Shown one piece after another: positions 62,901 through 64,000 of a stretch of DNA of 64,000 bases. This DNA is from Dimorphilus gyrociliatus (lineage: Eukaryota > Animalia > Annelida). The DNA is taken from contig CAJFCJ010000018.1 of NCBI GenBank assembly GCA_904063045.1, positions 248,001 through 312,000 on the forward strand, written 5' to 3'. The notes beneath the pieces were generated by a model. That model saw nothing but the letters and a program-made list of their open reading frames with translations, had not been told where the DNA came from and searched no databases. Position numbers and translations under genes: made by a program. Within the stretch, counting starts at the first letter, position 1, and each line of letters opens with the position of its first letter.

Positions 62901-64000
62901 ATCAACAGGCGGAGCCTGATAGCCAATTGAGTATGCTGGATATGGCGTCCATGTATTATTACCGTAGACTAGAATAATATAAGATCTATAAGTTCTCTGA
63001 TCAGTTGTCAGTACAAGTTGAAAAGTGTTGAATTCATTTTTCGGAATATTTTCTTCATATGGCCATTTTACCAAATTTTTCCAAGTTATAACAGTCACTA
63101 GCGATGGTATAAAGTCTCCTTGATTAGACACCGTTGTTTTTATATCATGTTTTACCATGTTAATAACTTTAGTTGTTAATTCAGAACCTTCGAAAAAATA
63201 CGGATCATCTTGCTGATATACAGAATAATAAACAAGGTTCTTATCATTATCATTTCGTCCTTCCGAATCAGCCCAAAACGGTGCTATAATAGGTACTTTA
63301 GATAAGTAACCAGATAATTTCATTGGAAATTTAACGGGATAGGGTGATTGAAAGTTATTCTTGAAGGTGATATATCCATTTGAGTTTATCTGTTTCATTG
63401 AAATACTCACATATATATTGTTATTCATCAAATTGGTATAAAGTTTACGTAAAATTTTCTGTAAATTTTACAGTTAAACATGAAGCCATGCTTGATACGG
63501 ATTCTATCAGATGAGTAGTCATCCTGAGAATTAAAAACTAAGTCCTGTGTCTCAGCTGGTCCATATGGGAATATTTCAGGAACAAGAACTAGAGTGGAAT
63601 AATTTGAATTATTCAGTACTAATTTAAAGATAGGTTCTCACTTTTAGAACAATTGGCCCCTCTGAAGCCGTCTATACATTTACACTCATATCCGTCACTG
63701 GTAGGGATACAAGTACCCCCATACTAAAATAAATATATATGAAAATTTTTTTCTCTGTTTATAATTGGTCAAACCTGGCAGTTAACTCCATTACAATTCT
63801 GAATAGGAATTGCCGTAGTGGGTGCTTTAAAAAAATGTTTTAAGGAGTAATTCTTAATGATTTAAGTAAAAACCTGCAGTTGTTTCTCCGGATCCATTGT
63901 CAGCCAAGTCTAAAAAGCCATCATTGGTGTCAAAAATTAAAGGATCCAAATTTGAATCTGTATTGACTGGACTGTAAATAACGAATAAACTCAAGATAAA
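56963..64000 (-). CDS. Mucin-4/SUSD2/Mesh-like large membrane glycoprotein: EGF-NIDO-AMOP-VWD-cadherin/Ig-like-about 10 EGF-4 SEA-TM (5' end truncated by the window edge)
   Basis: NIDO (IFPYGP..., INSNGYITF, IIAPFWAD, NTFQLVLTTD), AMOP (PSCPC, RQCCY), VWD starting WAMGDPH (62110-62121), PPAFD..FTLNASDSD repeat, many DIDEC/DINEC cbEGF modules, and four SEA-like repeats with the last containing IEFSAGSVVVNY. TM VILASVMSVVGVILIVLLVLLLCYVC. The exact last exon is uncertain. Confidence 0.9.

Noticed and set aside
1-64000. tRNA, rRNA, snRNA, miR-10-type miRNA, CRISPR arrays, intact transposons or prokaryotic operon systems
   Set aside because: I saw no cloverleaf or T-loop context, no repeat-spacer periodicity, no terminal inverted repeats with a transposase/RT ORF and no known mature miRNA sequence. 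A covariance-model search (Infernal/Rfam) would be needed to exclude small RNAs.

Overview
Eukaryotic (metazoan) genomic DNA, AT-rich (roughly 30% GC by eye), gene-dense, with mostly 50-70 nt introns. This fits a compact invertebrate genome; a lophotrochozoan such as a miniaturised annelid would fit, but the organism is inference only. By manual splicing I reconstruct nine genes. (1) A Ca2+/calmodulin-dependent cyclic-nucleotide phosphodiesterase PDE1 (+, to 14814) with several candidate alternative first exons. (2) An NWD1/NWD2-like NACHT-WD40 STAND NTPase. (3) An ENPP6-like phosphodiesterase with no signal peptide or GPI tail. (4) Turtle/IGSF9 (5 Ig + 2 FN3 + TM, - strand). (5) A small discoidin(F5/8C)-TSP1 single-pass receptor. 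(6) A TNF-receptor-like protein with TRAF-type motifs. (7) PCTP/StARD2, in which 2 of 5 introns appear to be GC-AG. (8) A DNase I-family nuclease. (9) even-skipped (Evx). A tenth gene, a large NIDO-AMOP-VWD-EGF-4xSEA mucin-like receptor, runs off the right edge. I found no tRNA, rRNA, CRISPR array or recognisable intact transposon. The most intriguing pattern is the PDE1 5' region, where up to four alternative N-termini each carry a version of one short motif, alongside CRE and RFX sites and a candidate internal promoter for a calmodulin-independent isoform. All exon structures and family assignments were made by eye, without database searches or RNA evidence.
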